A stretch of 62,341 nt of DNA from a candidate division WOR-3 bacterium (GCA_965648915.1 CBFGIV010000010.1:1-62341), one strand, 5' to 3'; numbered from the stretch's first letter, positions 18,964 to 29,128 are shown. Translations and numbers: made by a program. The notes: generated by a model not told the origin, from the sequence alone.

Positions 18964-19737
18964 TTGAAGTTAAGTAATATTAATTTGCAAGTACCGGAGC
19001 GTGAAAACTGTGGCTCGAATTATCCAACGATATCGAAAACATTATCTAATCTCTTACGCTTAGCCGGTTTCGCTTTTTTGCTGCTGGTGCTCGGTTGTCC
19101 GGTTTTGACGACGCTGGAAACTGCAAAGATTGGTAATAAGTCAGACGATCCTAATATCCTCAGAGTCGGAGATTTTAAGCAGGCCGATTTTGGTGCTACA
19201 GTGGTCAGCGAGACCCTGGATACCGCAGGACCGATCCGGCTGAAATCAGTAGTCCCGCTTATTGAGGGAAAGATTAAATGGGTCCTGATCAATGAACGCT
19301 TTGAAGTGGCACTGAATGGAGGGTCATCCGGGCTTGGTTTATCATCAAAGGTGTTGATGATTAAGAATCCTTTCTATCTGGCCTGCAAGCTTGGGGTGTC
19401 AGGTTTCCCAACTGTGGTTGCGCCTTATCCTCTGGGTTGTTATGCGCTCGATTTTATCTTAAGTAAGGACTTAAAAAAGACCTCAGAATTTTACGGTGGA
19501 TTTAAGTTGACAAGCTGGTTCGATATTCCGCCGCCACCTACGGTCTTAATTAATATTCCGAGTCATTCGACAAGCTCGGATCCTTATTTTGATGCAGCTG
19601 GTGCATTCCTGGGTTTAAAATCCAGGTTCTGCACGGTTGAGGCTGGTGCCTGTGGTGTGTTCCGCGAACTGGAAAATTACTGGGGCAGAAAAGGGATTAT
19701 TCCTTTTGTTGGTGTCTCAGTGCCACTGGGTGATTAG
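18964..19737 (+). CDS. Hypothetical protein, possible lipoprotein / beta-rich envelope protein
   Basis: AGGAGG before TTG 18964; FAFLLLVLGC lipobox-like; amphipathic strands. Confidence 0.6.
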   Translation: MKLSNINLQVPERENCGSNYPTISKTLSNLLRLAGFAFLLLVLGCPVLTTLETAKIGNKSDDPNILRVGDFKQADFGATVVSETLDTAGPIRLKSVVPLIEGKIKWVLINERFEVALNGGSSGLGLSSKVLMIKNPFYLACKLGVSGFPTVVAPYPLGCYALDFILSKDLKKTSEFYGGFKLTSWFDIPPPPTVLINIPSHSTSSDPYFDAAGAFLGLKSRFCTVEAGACGVFRELENYWGRKGIIPFVGVSVPLGD

Positions 19738-19876
19738 ACAGGATCGAGAAACGCTTTGTGCTGCTAAAAACTGGAAACTGGATAAAATAGAAAAATCTTT
19801 AAAAAACCACGATCTTTAAGGACTTAAAATCAGGGGCTGTCTCCTCTTCTCCATATTTTCCTCTCCATTTTTGGTA

Positions 19877-19904
19877 TTGCAATTTTCTTATAATTAGGTA
19901 TAAT
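19877..19904 (+). promoter_or_regulatory. tRNA promoter
   Basis: TTGCAA-N16-TATAAT. Confidence 0.6.
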
Positions 19905-19949
19905 CTCTTTCTTAAGATTAAGGATTTTTATAAATTTCTCTCCTCTTCC

Positions 19950-20024
19950 GGGGCCGTAGTTCAGCTTGGTTAGAACGCTTGCCTGTCACGCAAGAGGTCG
20001 CGAGTTCAAGTCTCGTCGGCCCCG
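19950..20024 (+). tRNA. tRNA-Asp(GTC), CCA not encoded
   Basis: Acceptor GGGGCCG/CGGCCCC, anticodon arm CTTGC-ctGTCac-GCAAG, T loop GTTCAAG, discriminator G. Confidence 0.96.
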
Positions 20025-20307
20025 CTCTTTTAATTGCAGGGGCAAATGAGTCAGGAGATGGTATTACCTCTATTCCAGAAAATAGTGTGTGGTCAGTATT
20101 TGACCGAATCTTCTTAAAAGAATTTTGTGGGAGCAACTCATTTTGTAAATTTCCCTTCAGATAAGTTGTTGCAGGGATAAAATTTTAAGTTTGTGACTTA
20201 AATGAGCATTTACCCCATCTTAAAATTTATCTTGAATTTCTGACCATACCCTGAGAATATTGCGGAGGATTGAATCTTGATATTAATGACTGCTGCCATT
20301 AAGGATA

Positions 20308-20335
20308 TTGACAATTCCTGATAAATGTGTATTAT
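20308..20335 (+). promoter_or_regulatory. Probably leaderless promoter of the cyclase operon
   Basis: TTGACA-N16-TATTAT ending 7 nt before ATG 20343; no SD. Confidence 0.65.
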
Positions 20336-20342
20336 TTAATAA

Positions 20343-23300
20343 ATGAGTTGTCCGATTTGTGGCACTAATATAACTCAGGGTACAAAATATTGTTCCCGCT
20401 GTGGAACCAATCTCTTCTATATGCATCAGCGGACAAAGTTTGAGATTTCGGAGCGGACCGCATTCTGGGGAGGCGAACGACGATTTGTTACTGCCCTCTT
20501 TGTCAAAGTTGTCGGGATTGAGACATTACTTACTCGAATGCCGGTCCTGGATATCTTCTTCTTTCTGCGTAAGTGGTTTGCCGAGATGGAGGAAATAGTC
20601 TTCCGATTCAATGGCACCACTGATACGATATTTACTGAGTTCCGAACTTTATGCGTCTTTGGTGCACCCAAGACCCATCTGGATGATGCCAGTAATGCGG
20701 TTCAATCTGCGCTGAAGATTCGTGAGCAATGGGAACAGGCGAAAGGGATTCCAGAAAATGTCTATCTCCGTTTTGGGATAAGTTCAGGGCCAGTTTTCTT
20801 TGGGCGAGTTCAGAGCGATGTTGCAAATTTTACCGTCATTGGCGACACTGTCAATGTTGCATCTCGCATTGAGGAGATTGCCGGGCCCGGACAGATTTTA
20901 ATCAGTGAGCATACTTATAACCAACTTAAGGGACTATTCGAGACTGATTTGATACCATCGCTGCGCATCCGGGGCCGTGAGGCATTGTTAGATATCTATG
21001 AAGTGAAGGGGATAAGAGAGCGGTCAGGAACTAAAGAATTGGAAGAGATTCCGTTGATCGGGCGAGATGAAGAGATGTCCCAGATTAGAGCCGCGGTTGA
21101 ATCGTTAATGGCAAGGGGCAGCAGGATATTGAGTATCATTGGTGAGATTGGCACTGGTAAGACAAAGATTAAAGAGGAGTTGATCAAGTGGATTGCAACT
21201 AAACGCAATATCCAATATTTTGAGGCAGATTGTATCTCACTGGGCAATCAGATACCATATCATTCTTTTGTCCGATTTTTAAAGAGTTTTTTTTATATCT
21301 CAGATACCGACTCACCATCGGCAGTGAAAGAAAAGATCGAAGGCCGGTTGAAGGTATTAAGACTCGATTCAACCGATAATCTGGAGGTGCTGGTAAATTT
21401 ATTATCGGTAAGTCCATTTGAGAATTCGAACGCACTTTATGCGGATCCGGAGATATTTAAGGAAAAAATCTTTTCCTTGATGCGTGAGTTATTAAATAGA
21501 TCGAGCCAGACTACAGCCCTGGTCGTCTGTTTTGAAGATTTTCACCTCATCGATGCCGCTTCAACCAAGTTGTTGACTTATCTCGCCACTGAACTCATTG
21601 ATCGTCCAGTACTTTTTCTTCTCCTTTATCATCCTGAATATACCTTTAAGTTAAAACTACGGAATCAGGATACAGTGCGCTTAAGCGGGCTTTCGCTCAC
21701 GGGAATTGCTGAGTATTTAAAACATATTCTCAAGGCCGATTTCATTAATGAAGACCTGATAAATTTCATAAATTATACGACGGCGGGTAATCCCTTACTT
21801 ATTAGGGAGATTGTAAAATTCTGTAGATTTAAGCGTGCCATCTATAAGGATGAAAATGTCTGGTATTTTGATAAAAGTAAAGTTGAAGACTATATCCCTC
21901 ACAGTATTTATGAGGCGTTGATGGCCAGCCTGGATACACTGCCGGAAAGGATGAGGGTGGTGGTTGATTATGCCTCGGTTGTGGGTCAGACCTTTAATCT
22001 GAAAGTTATCTCCCGCCTCTGCGATTTAGGTGCGATTGACGAAGAGATTAGTGATCTTGTCGAAATGGGATATTTTCTCCAGACCCGTCCGGGTGATGAC
22101 CCAGAATATGTCTTTCGGAACACCCTGTTGAAAGATGTTACTTATAATGCCCTTCCTCTCAAGAAAAGGAAGGAGATTCACCAGAAGACGGCGCAGATCA
22201 TCGAAACTACCTATCGTGATCGGCTCCAGGAGTTTTATGAATTACTTGCTTTTCATTTTTTACGGGCAGATGATTTTTATAAGGCGATTAATTACTATAA
22301 ACTTGCAGGTGATAAGGCTAAGGCTCTTTTTGCTAATGATTGCGCCCTTTTCTCCTATAGTAAAGTGAATGAGATTATGGATCTACTCAGTCTCAGGGAT
22401 GAAAAATATCTTGAGTTAAGGCTGGAGACATCTTATAATATAAGTGAAATATATGAACTCATCGGTGAATATGATAAGATGATGGCTGAGGCGAAATCGG
22501 CACTCGAAATCATAGCTTCAAGAAAAGACCCAAGAAGAGAAGCCCAGTTCAGGGAACTGATAGGTTTGAGTTATATCTACTTGAATCGATTAAAGGATGC
22601 TTTTGAAAACTTGAACGCTGCACTGGAGATAAATAAGAGTAATAATTTTCTCGATCTGATTTCCAGCGTCTATGTTGATCTTGGTTTATTAAATGCTGAG
22701 GAACAGAATTACGAAATGGCGGTATACTATTACAATCTCGGTTATCGGGTTGCATTGGATCGCGACGATAGCCAGGCGACGATAAAGTGTCTGATCAATC
22801 TGGCCCGTCTTCACAAAGAACTGGGTAATTATCAGTTGGCCATCGATTATTTAAAGAATGCTCTCGCCTATGCGGTGAGTCACAAAAATCGCCGTGACGA
22901 AGTTCTGGTCAAGAATTATTTAGGCGAGGTCTATCTGACGATCGGTGATACGAATAAAGCAAATCGTTATTTCAAGGAGGCCTTTACTTTAGCCAGCGAG
23001 ATCAGTTTCATCGATATGATAATTACTGCCTCGGCTAACCTCAGTTTAATCAACGCCCTACTCGACAACCGCGAGCCGTTAAGAGACTGGATAACCTATA
23101 TTGACAATCGGCTGAATCTGGGATTGAGTAAAGAAACAGAGATAACAGCTGAACTGGTCAGGATCTATGTTATCCTGAAATTGGGATGGGAGGATGAAGC
23201 CAGCGAGAAATTGAGGGATTTGATTGAAAAATGCCGTTCCTTTGGTCACAAAAAAGCCGAAGTGATGTCAAATCTCTTAATGACCCAGATTGATCGAAAA

Positions 23301-23555
23301 TCTATCAACTGGGCAAGGAATGCTTTAGTCCTGGCCGAAGACATAAACTTACCCGAATACTTATGGCGCAGTCAATATGCCATGGGGCAGGTCCTGATGG
23401 TCAACGGTCAGAGTGAAGCGGCGCTCGACTTTTTTCGCAAGGCATATTTTATATTAGATGACCTTAAAGAAAGATTGCGGGACGAAAATTTACGGCAATC
23501 TTTTCTCAGTCAGCCTGAGTATCGGCACCTAACTGAAATATTAGAGGAAAAATGA
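20343..23555 (+). CDS. Zinc-ribbon + class III nucleotide cyclase (no metal-binding Asps) + STAND-type P-loop NTPase + TPR protein
   Basis: CPIC...CSRC; GGERRFVTALF, FGAP...DDA, GDTVNVASRIE; Walker A GEIGTGKT, Walker B VCFEDFH, AGNPL; TPR tail. Confidence 0.9.
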   Translation: MSCPICGTNITQGTKYCSRCGTNLFYMHQRTKFEISERTAFWGGERRFVTALFVKVVGIETLLTRMPVLDIFFFLRKWFAEMEEIVFRFNGTTDTIFTEFRTLCVFGAPKTHLDDASNAVQSALKIREQWEQAKGIPENVYLRFGISSGPVFFGRVQSDVANFTVIGDTVNVASRIEEIAGPGQILISEHTYNQLKGLFETDLIPSLRIRGREALLDIYEVKGIRERSGTKELEEIPLIGRDEEMSQIRAAVESLMARGSRILSIIGEIGTGKTKIKEELIKWIATKRNIQYFEADCISLGNQIPYHSFVRFLKSFFYISDTDSPSAVKEKIEGRLKVLRLDSTDNLEVLVNLLSVSPFENSNALYADPEIFKEKIFSLMRELLNRSSQTTALVVCFEDFHLIDAASTKLLTYLATELIDRPVLFLLLYHPEYTFKLKLRNQDTVRLSGLSLTGIAEYLKHILKADFINEDLINFINYTTAGNPLLIREIVKFCRFKRAIYKDENVWYFDKSKVEDYIPHSIYEALMASLDTLPERMRVVVDYASVVGQTFNLKVISRLCDLGAIDEEISDLVEMGYFLQTRPGDDPEYVFRNTLLKDVTYNALPLKKRKEIHQKTAQIIETTYRDRLQEFYELLAFHFLRADDFYKAINYYKLAGDKAKALFANDCALFSYSKVNEIMDLLSLRDEKYLELRLETSYNISEIYELIGEYDKMMAEAKSALEIIASRKDPRREAQFRELIGLSYIYLNRLKDAFENLNAALEINKSNNFLDLISSVYVDLGLLNAEEQNYEMAVYYYNLGYRVALDRDDSQATIKCLINLARLHKELGNYQLAIDYLKNALAYAVSHKNRRDEVLVKNYLGEVYLTIGDTNKANRYFKEAFTLASEISFIDMIITASANLSLINALLDNREPLRDWITYIDNRLNLGLSKETEITAELVRIYVILKLGWEDEASEKLRDLIEKCRSFGHKKAEVMSNLLMTQIDRKSINWARNALVLAEDINLPEYLWRSQYAMGQVLMVNGQSEAALDFFRKAYFILDDLKERLRDENLRQSFLSQPEYRHLTEILEEK

Positions 23556-24196
23556 ATTGTTCACGTTGTAACAGTGTTGTCCAGAACGGTGATACCTTCT
23601 GTAGTCAGTGTGGTAATTTTGTTGGCACCGAATCTTCTTTAATCATCAAATCTATTCCACTAACGGTGCTCCGGGCCGATCTGGCTGATTTTACTAAAAT
23701 CAGTGAGATTCTGGATCCAGAAGAGGTAATGAGTCTTTTGAGACTCTGTTTTGATCGACTGAGCCAGATAATCATAGACAAAAAAGGTGTTATTCTACGT
23801 TTCATCGGTGATGAGGTTATTGGTATATTCGGCCTGAGTTCCTCAGATGCTCACACCCCGCTTATGGCGCTATTTGCTGCCCAGGAGATGCACAATGCTA
23901 TTCGTGAGATAAGTTTGACAAAAATAGTCAAGGAGAGCCTCGGTATCAAGATCGGGATTGAGACTGATACCACATTTATTTACTGTCCAAAACCCGATGC
24001 CCAGGTGAATGCTTGTTTTTTCCTCGGTTCTATATTTTATAAAGCGCTCCATCTCCAGAAGATGTGTCGGGTTAATAGTATCCTGGTGGGCGAAAATTCC
24101 TATCAGCGGGCAAAAAACTTTTTTGAATTCCGCGAGGCCAAGCTGGGAATTTACCTCGGACAGTCTTTTCTCAGTTACGAACTTTTGCCGCTTTAA
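23552..24196 (+). CDS. Zinc-ribbon + class III cyclase domain with both Asps but no N/R pair
   Basis: CSRC...CSQC; RADLADFT; RFIGDEV; IKIGI; GSIFYKALHLQ; ATGA overlap with upstream gene. Confidence 0.85.
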   Translation: MNCSRCNSVVQNGDTFCSQCGNFVGTESSLIIKSIPLTVLRADLADFTKISEILDPEEVMSLLRLCFDRLSQIIIDKKGVILRFIGDEVIGIFGLSSSDAHTPLMALFAAQEMHNAIREISLTKIVKESLGIKIGIETDTTFIYCPKPDAQVNACFFLGSIFYKALHLQKMCRVNSILVGENSYQRAKNFFEFREAKLGIYLGQSFLSYELLPL

Positions 24197-24198
24197 AT

Positions 24199-26400
24199 AT
24201 GTCGACATTATCGAGAGAACTGCTTATTGAAATTGTGAAACAGATTGGAATCGGAATTAATTTCTGCCGGTCTTATCCCAAAGACCATCCTGGTCTTGAA
24301 CCGATTGTTTCGAGGTTGCTAGGGCTTTTTAAGGAGATCCCATCCGACCGCTCAGAGATATCTTTCTGTCTGATTGAAAATATTATCCTTTTTGAAGGTG
24401 AACGTTTTGAATCAGAAAAATTACCGATTGTCAAAAGCATCGCCAATATTTTTAACAAACTGGGTGTGCGAAGTGTCAGTTTTGATCCATCTTTGACAGC
24501 CTTTGATATCAAAGCCTTTTTTAATACGATGGCCTCAACTCAGGCCGATCTCCAGGATTACGGCAATATTGAGGCAATCATTAAGTCTTCCGGTGCAGAG
24601 CATATAAGGCTAAACGAACTTGAGTATGGTGTAGTCTCCAGTAAAGGGGGGAAGGTCAAGATCGACTGGGAAATATTTTTGAAAACGCTCCATGCGACAA
24701 AATTGGCCGTGTCGGATGAGGAGACCAAAAAGGAACTGACCCATTTTCTAACCGATGTAGTTGGTCTGAAGGGTGGTGAACCGGAGGAACTTCAGACCAA
24801 GATGATTGTCACTACCTTAGAGAAATTATGCAATGTTGTTGTTGAAAAGTTTGGTCCGGAAAGTTGGGGTGAATATTCATTGATCTTTACACGCATCCTC
24901 GCAACCCTTTCTCCTAATATTAAAAAACGGATTGCCCAGATCCGAACTGATAATCGACGATTGGCCGATCTGATAAGGAATCTTCTACCCACACTAAGTG
25001 ATGATACTCTGATTGAAATTATTAGTACCCGGGCCATGGCGACTGAAGAAGAAACGGTTGACCCTGATGTCATTGAGGTGTTGAAAAGATTGACCGGCCC
25101 GCGATTGGTAAATCTCTTACCGCAACTGAAAGAAAAATTACCCCTTAAGGTATTTGAGGAGATTACTCTCCTTTTAAGTCGGGTGAGCGGTTTTCAGGAG
25201 TCCGAGACTAAGGTCGAAGATTTATCCAGTGAAGAACTAGAACAGGAATTAAGAAAATATTTTCCCAGTCTGCGGTCGCCCGAGGTCAATACCCGACTTA
25301 CAACAATTAACAGTATACTTGAGTTTACTAATAAACTAATCGACCTTAAGCGCACAGAACTTATTAAACTGGTGGTCGATCGCTTTGATGCATTGTCCGA
25401 TGGTGAGAAAGAGATCCAGGTTTTTTCAAAGGTCATCGACGCCCTGAAACAGATATATTTAAAATGTAAGGATGTCGGCCTTCGCGAAATCTATGATAAC
25501 ATTTCTAAGAGAATAGGTAAACATTTATTGAGAACCGGTAAAGAATTTGTGGAACGGAAGGCGGTAGTGGTCAATATGATTGGTGAAATACGAGACTTAA
25601 ATTATATTACGGAATTGATTACCATCCTCTGGGAGCCGGGCATATTTAATGAGGCACGTGAGGCGCTGATAAAATTCGCTAATGATGCAGTAGAGCCTCT
25701 CCTGGGTGTTCTGAAGGATGCTGAGGATCGTTCGGTGCGAATGAAGATTCTCGATGTTCTGGTCAGAATGGGCAATGTTATTGTTCCTTCGGTATTAAAA
25801 TTACTTGGCGATCAGGAGTGGTATATCCGCCGTAATGGACTTTATCTCTTAGGTCAATTGAAGGCCGAAGATACTATCGACGCCATTGGGGAGATGATCA
25901 AGGATGAAAATGAGCTGGTCCAGGTCGAGGCAGTTTGCGCCCTGGGAAATATCAGTGGAGAAAAGGTTAAACCATATCTGAGAGAGGCCTTGAATAGCAA
26001 ATACTTGTCAGTATCATTAGAGGCCGCTCGTTATTTACCCAGGGCCGAGGTCAGGTCTGTTATCCCCAGATTCTTAAAGATGCTGGAACGACGCAAACGG
26101 ATACCGGACAAGAAGGAAGAAACAATGAGGCGGGATGTGATCAGGGTCATTGGCGAGATTGGTGGTGATGAAGTTATTGAAACTTTAGTTCAGGTCATTA
26201 AAGATCGGTCCCTGCTTGGTACCGATCTCCTTCTTACCACTAAAGAGGTAGCAATTGAAGCCTTAGGACAGATTGGAACTCCTAAGGCATTAGATGCCCT
26301 CAATGAGCTTGCTTTATCGAGCGATGAGAAGATAGTTTCTATGGTTGAAGGGGTTATAACAAAGATCAAATTTAAATCTCAACAACTCGATCATAAATAA
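24199..26400 (+). CDS. HEAT/PBS-lyase repeat protein
   Basis: N-terminal YPKDHP; helical repeats WYIRRNGLYLLG, VQVEAVCALG, AIEALGQIGTPKA. Confidence 0.85.
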   Translation: MSTLSRELLIEIVKQIGIGINFCRSYPKDHPGLEPIVSRLLGLFKEIPSDRSEISFCLIENIILFEGERFESEKLPIVKSIANIFNKLGVRSVSFDPSLTAFDIKAFFNTMASTQADLQDYGNIEAIIKSSGAEHIRLNELEYGVVSSKGGKVKIDWEIFLKTLHATKLAVSDEETKKELTHFLTDVVGLKGGEPEELQTKMIVTTLEKLCNVVVEKFGPESWGEYSLIFTRILATLSPNIKKRIAQIRTDNRRLADLIRNLLPTLSDDTLIEIISTRAMATEEETVDPDVIEVLKRLTGPRLVNLLPQLKEKLPLKVFEEITLLLSRVSGFQESETKVEDLSSEELEQELRKYFPSLRSPEVNTRLTTINSILEFTNKLIDLKRTELIKLVVDRFDALSDGEKEIQVFSKVIDALKQIYLKCKDVGLREIYDNISKRIGKHLLRTGKEFVERKAVVVNMIGEIRDLNYITELITILWEPGIFNEAREALIKFANDAVEPLLGVLKDAEDRSVRMKILDVLVRMGNVIVPSVLKLLGDQEWYIRRNGLYLLGQLKAEDTIDAIGEMIKDENELVQVEAVCALGNISGEKVKPYLREALNSKYLSVSLEAARYLPRAEVRSVIPRFLKMLERRKRIPDKKEETMRRDVIRVIGEIGGDEVIETLVQVIKDRSLLGTDLLLTTKEVAIEALGQIGTPKALDALNELALSSDEKIVSMVEGVITKIKFKSQQLDHK

Positions 26401-26425
26401 TCGATGGGTGTTTAATAACCGGTCT

Positions 26426-26545
26426 ATGGCAAAATTGGCAGAATGGACGAAAACGGATCGAGACGGGATGGATGACGATTTGATATTGGCAGTTGATGAA
26501 AGAGAGTTTAAAGAGCTAAGGCGCGTGTCTTCCAACATAAGCTAA
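26426..26545 (+). CDS. Possible 39-aa small protein (MAKLAEWTKTDRDGMDDDLILAVDEREFKELRRVSSNIS)
   Basis: ATG-to-TAA frame filling most of the gap inside the operon; no clear SD. Confidence 0.3.
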   Translation: MAKLAEWTKTDRDGMDDDLILAVDEREFKELRRVSSNIS

Positions 26546-26565
26546 ATACCTTCCGCAATCAGCGA

Positions 26566-28542
26566 ATGGTAATAAGATTATTATCCGGCGTCTATTATAT
26601 CTTAAGCGGTTCCGGGATATTTAGTATCAAACTTGGTTTGCCCTACGCAATAACTTTAGGTATAATCCTTGGACTCTCCTATCTGATTTACCACCTCAAA
26701 AAGAATCTTTTCGATAACTTTTTTATTTTTATCCTGATCCTGACCAATCTTTCAATCCAGCTGACCGGTGGTTTGACCTCGCCGCTTTTTACCCTGAATT
26801 TTATCTGCATTATCATTCTCTTTTACCACGAGCCAAACTGGATTTCGTTTTTTTTTACAGGTTTATCGCTGGTAAGCTTCGCGACCGCTGCGCTGATCCG
26901 TTCCGAGATAAAAGTCGCTTCTTGCCTCATTCTCGGCCTCTTTATAATCATTACCTATCTTTATTTCCGGAGGATCAGATCTGATTTAACGGCCACCTAT
27001 TCAACCGTTGCTTATTACGAAGCACGCAGCCAGTTTTTAACCGGTCAAAGGGTTGATCGCACCGCTGAGGGGATGGTGAAGGAGAGTGGGTCTTATGCAC
27101 AGATCCTGAGGCCAATAAATTACTTCTTGAGATTTATTCACAATGCCTTTCAGGCATATACCTCTTGTATTTTTGGCTATATCCCTGAAGAGGGTGAGTT
27201 TCTCCTGATCGCCGGAACATCAAGTTCGACGAAGTTCAAAGATCAGGTCCACATCAGAATGGGTGAGACTTTTGTCGGTATGATTGGTAAGGAGCGGCAC
27301 GAGGTATTGATCAAAGATTATTATGAAGATGCTAACTGGCTCGGTTATTATTCCGGTGAAATTGGTATTCGGTCGGTGATCGGAGCGCCGATTGTTTTTG
27401 GTGAGAAACTGGAGGGAGTGATTGTGGTCGATCGCAAAGAGGGGTCATTCACTGAAGAGGATTGTGAACGTTTACGATTATCAGCCGTTACCTGTGCCCA
27501 TCTTATCGGTATGCTCCGTTCCTACGAGGCCAAGCGGTACGAGGCTTCATATTTTTTGGCACTCTATGAGTTGATCAAGCGGTTGCAGAAGGAATTGACC
27601 TTAGAGGATATTTTAAGTATCGCTCTAGATTCCACGCTTGAGGTGCTCGATTGCGATACAGTGGCGATTGCTGAGACCGATACCATAAATAATCGGGGGA
27701 GGATCCTGACAATAAAATCAAACTTCAAGGGGCTTCAAATTGAAAGGGTAGGAGATGAGTTTAAACTCGACGAAGGGTTGGTAGGCTGGGTTGCTACTTT
27801 TGGTGGTTATTTAATAAAGGACGATTTAAGGTCAGTAAAGAGTCCGAGATTTTCTAAGCGTGAGCCCCGGACCTTGAGTCGTTCCTTTCTCGGTGTGCCA
27901 ATAAAGAATGAAGATCAGGTTATAGGCGTGGTCTGGATTGAAAGTCGATTGCCTAAGAGATTCAGGGAAGAGGATGCTAAATTTATGAATTTTCTTGCCG
28001 CCCAGATTTCCCTTGCCTGGATAAGGGCTAATCTCTATAATCAGGTCAAAGAACTTTCGGTGCGCGATGGACTTACCGGCCTCTTTAACCATCGTCAGTT
28101 TCATGAGATCTTAAATGAAGAGATTAAGAAAAATCGAGAGATTTGTCTCCTTTTGATTGATGTTGACCATTTTAAGAATATTAATGACCGTTTTGGCCAC
28201 CCTCTGGGTGACGAGGTGCTCAAAACGATTGGCAGGCTACTCAGTGATGAACCAGGCTGTGCGGCACGTTATGGCGGAGAGGAGTTCGCACTTATTCTGC
28301 CTAATTATACAATCAAAAAAGCAAGAGAAGTCGCACTTAAATTTCAGGATAAGTTGAAGAAAGAGAAGTTTGGTTGCGGCGAGGAGATCTTTTCGGTTAC
28401 GACAAGTATCGGCATAAGCCATTTTCCATCGTGTGCCAATCAAAAGGAAAGACTAATTGAGCAGGCGGACAGTGCCTTATATCAGGCCAAACAGGAGGGG
28501 CGTGACCGGGTGGTGATATATAATAAAAATAAAGAAAAATAA
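26566..28542 (+). CDS. Membrane diguanylate cyclase (TM-GAF-GAF-GGDEF)
   Basis: N-terminal TM helices; two GAF-like segments; DGLTGLFN, DVDHFKNIND, RYGGEEF; no RxxD I-site. Confidence 0.92.
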   Translation: MVIRLLSGVYYILSGSGIFSIKLGLPYAITLGIILGLSYLIYHLKKNLFDNFFIFILILTNLSIQLTGGLTSPLFTLNFICIIILFYHEPNWISFFFTGLSLVSFATAALIRSEIKVASCLILGLFIIITYLYFRRIRSDLTATYSTVAYYEARSQFLTGQRVDRTAEGMVKESGSYAQILRPINYFLRFIHNAFQAYTSCIFGYIPEEGEFLLIAGTSSSTKFKDQVHIRMGETFVGMIGKERHEVLIKDYYEDANWLGYYSGEIGIRSVIGAPIVFGEKLEGVIVVDRKEGSFTEEDCERLRLSAVTCAHLIGMLRSYEAKRYEASYFLALYELIKRLQKELTLEDILSIALDSTLEVLDCDTVAIAETDTINNRGRILTIKSNFKGLQIERVGDEFKLDEGLVGWVATFGGYLIKDDLRSVKSPRFSKREPRTLSRSFLGVPIKNEDQVIGVVWIESRLPKRFREEDAKFMNFLAAQISLAWIRANLYNQVKELSVRDGLTGLFNHRQFHEILNEEIKKNREICLLLIDVDHFKNINDRFGHPLGDEVLKTIGRLLSDEPGCAARYGGEEFALILPNYTIKKAREVALKFQDKLKKEKFGCGEEIFSVTTSIGISHFPSCANQKERLIEQADSALYQAKQEGRDRVVIYNKNKEK

Positions 28543-28546
28543 AGGG

Positions 28547-28574
28547 TTGACTTTTTTAAAAAATTAAATATAAT
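28547..28574 (+). promoter_or_regulatory. Promoter of the rpsH-rplQ ribosomal operon
   Basis: TTGACT-N16-TATAAT, about 140 nt upstream of rpsH. Confidence 0.7.
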
Positions 28575-28717
28575 TAAATTCTTTTTAACAAGGCAAAGAA
28601 GTAAAATTGCACGGGTATTGAAATCCTCATTTTAACAGTAAATCAGGGTTTTGACGAAATTGAGTATCTTTAAGATAAGGGAATCGATTTCAAAGGTAAG
28701 TTTATTTATGGAGGATT

Positions 28718-29107
28718 ATGGATCCAATCGCTGATATGTTAACAATTATCAGAAACGGCATCAGGGCACGTCATAAGGTTGTAACTGTGCCTTATTCGAA
28801 GATTAAAATGGAGATTGCCCGGATCCTGATGGAAGAGGGCTATATAAATAATTTTCAAATTGATAGTGATGAGAAACCGTCGCGGATCGAGATCTTACTC
28901 AGATATTCCCAGCAAGGTGAGCCAGCGATCAAAAATTTAGTTAGGATTTCTAAACCCGGACGGAGAGTATATGTTGCGCATGACGAAATTCCGAAGGTCA
29001 ATCGCGGACTTGGTATTGCAATACTGTCGACCAATAAAGGGATTGTTACCGATCGCGAGGCACGAAAGATGAAGGCCGGTGGTGAAGTCCTTGGTTATGT
29101 ATTTTAG
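28718..29107 (+). CDS. rpsH: 30S ribosomal protein S8
   Basis: MDPIADMLTIIRN, RISKPGRRVY, GGEVL. Confidence 0.98.
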   Translation: MDPIADMLTIIRNGIRARHKVVTVPYSKIKMEIARILMEEGYINNFQIDSDEKPSRIEILLRYSQQGEPAIKNLVRISKPGRRVYVAHDEIPKVNRGLGIAILSTNKGIVTDREARKMKAGGEVLGYVF

Positions 29108-29128
29108 GAGAGAGAAGGCTTAAAATCT

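Noticed and set aside
19918..20164. ORFs 19918..20136 and 19979..20164
   Set aside because: Overlap the tRNA-Asp gene; shadow frames
19950..20342. Genomic island integrated at tRNA-Asp
   Set aside because: No integrase and no duplicated tRNA 3' end seen
28589..28634. Decayed rpsN start (AKK...KIAR)
   Set aside because: Needs a frameshift and a mutated start; no S14 Cys motif follows; could be chance
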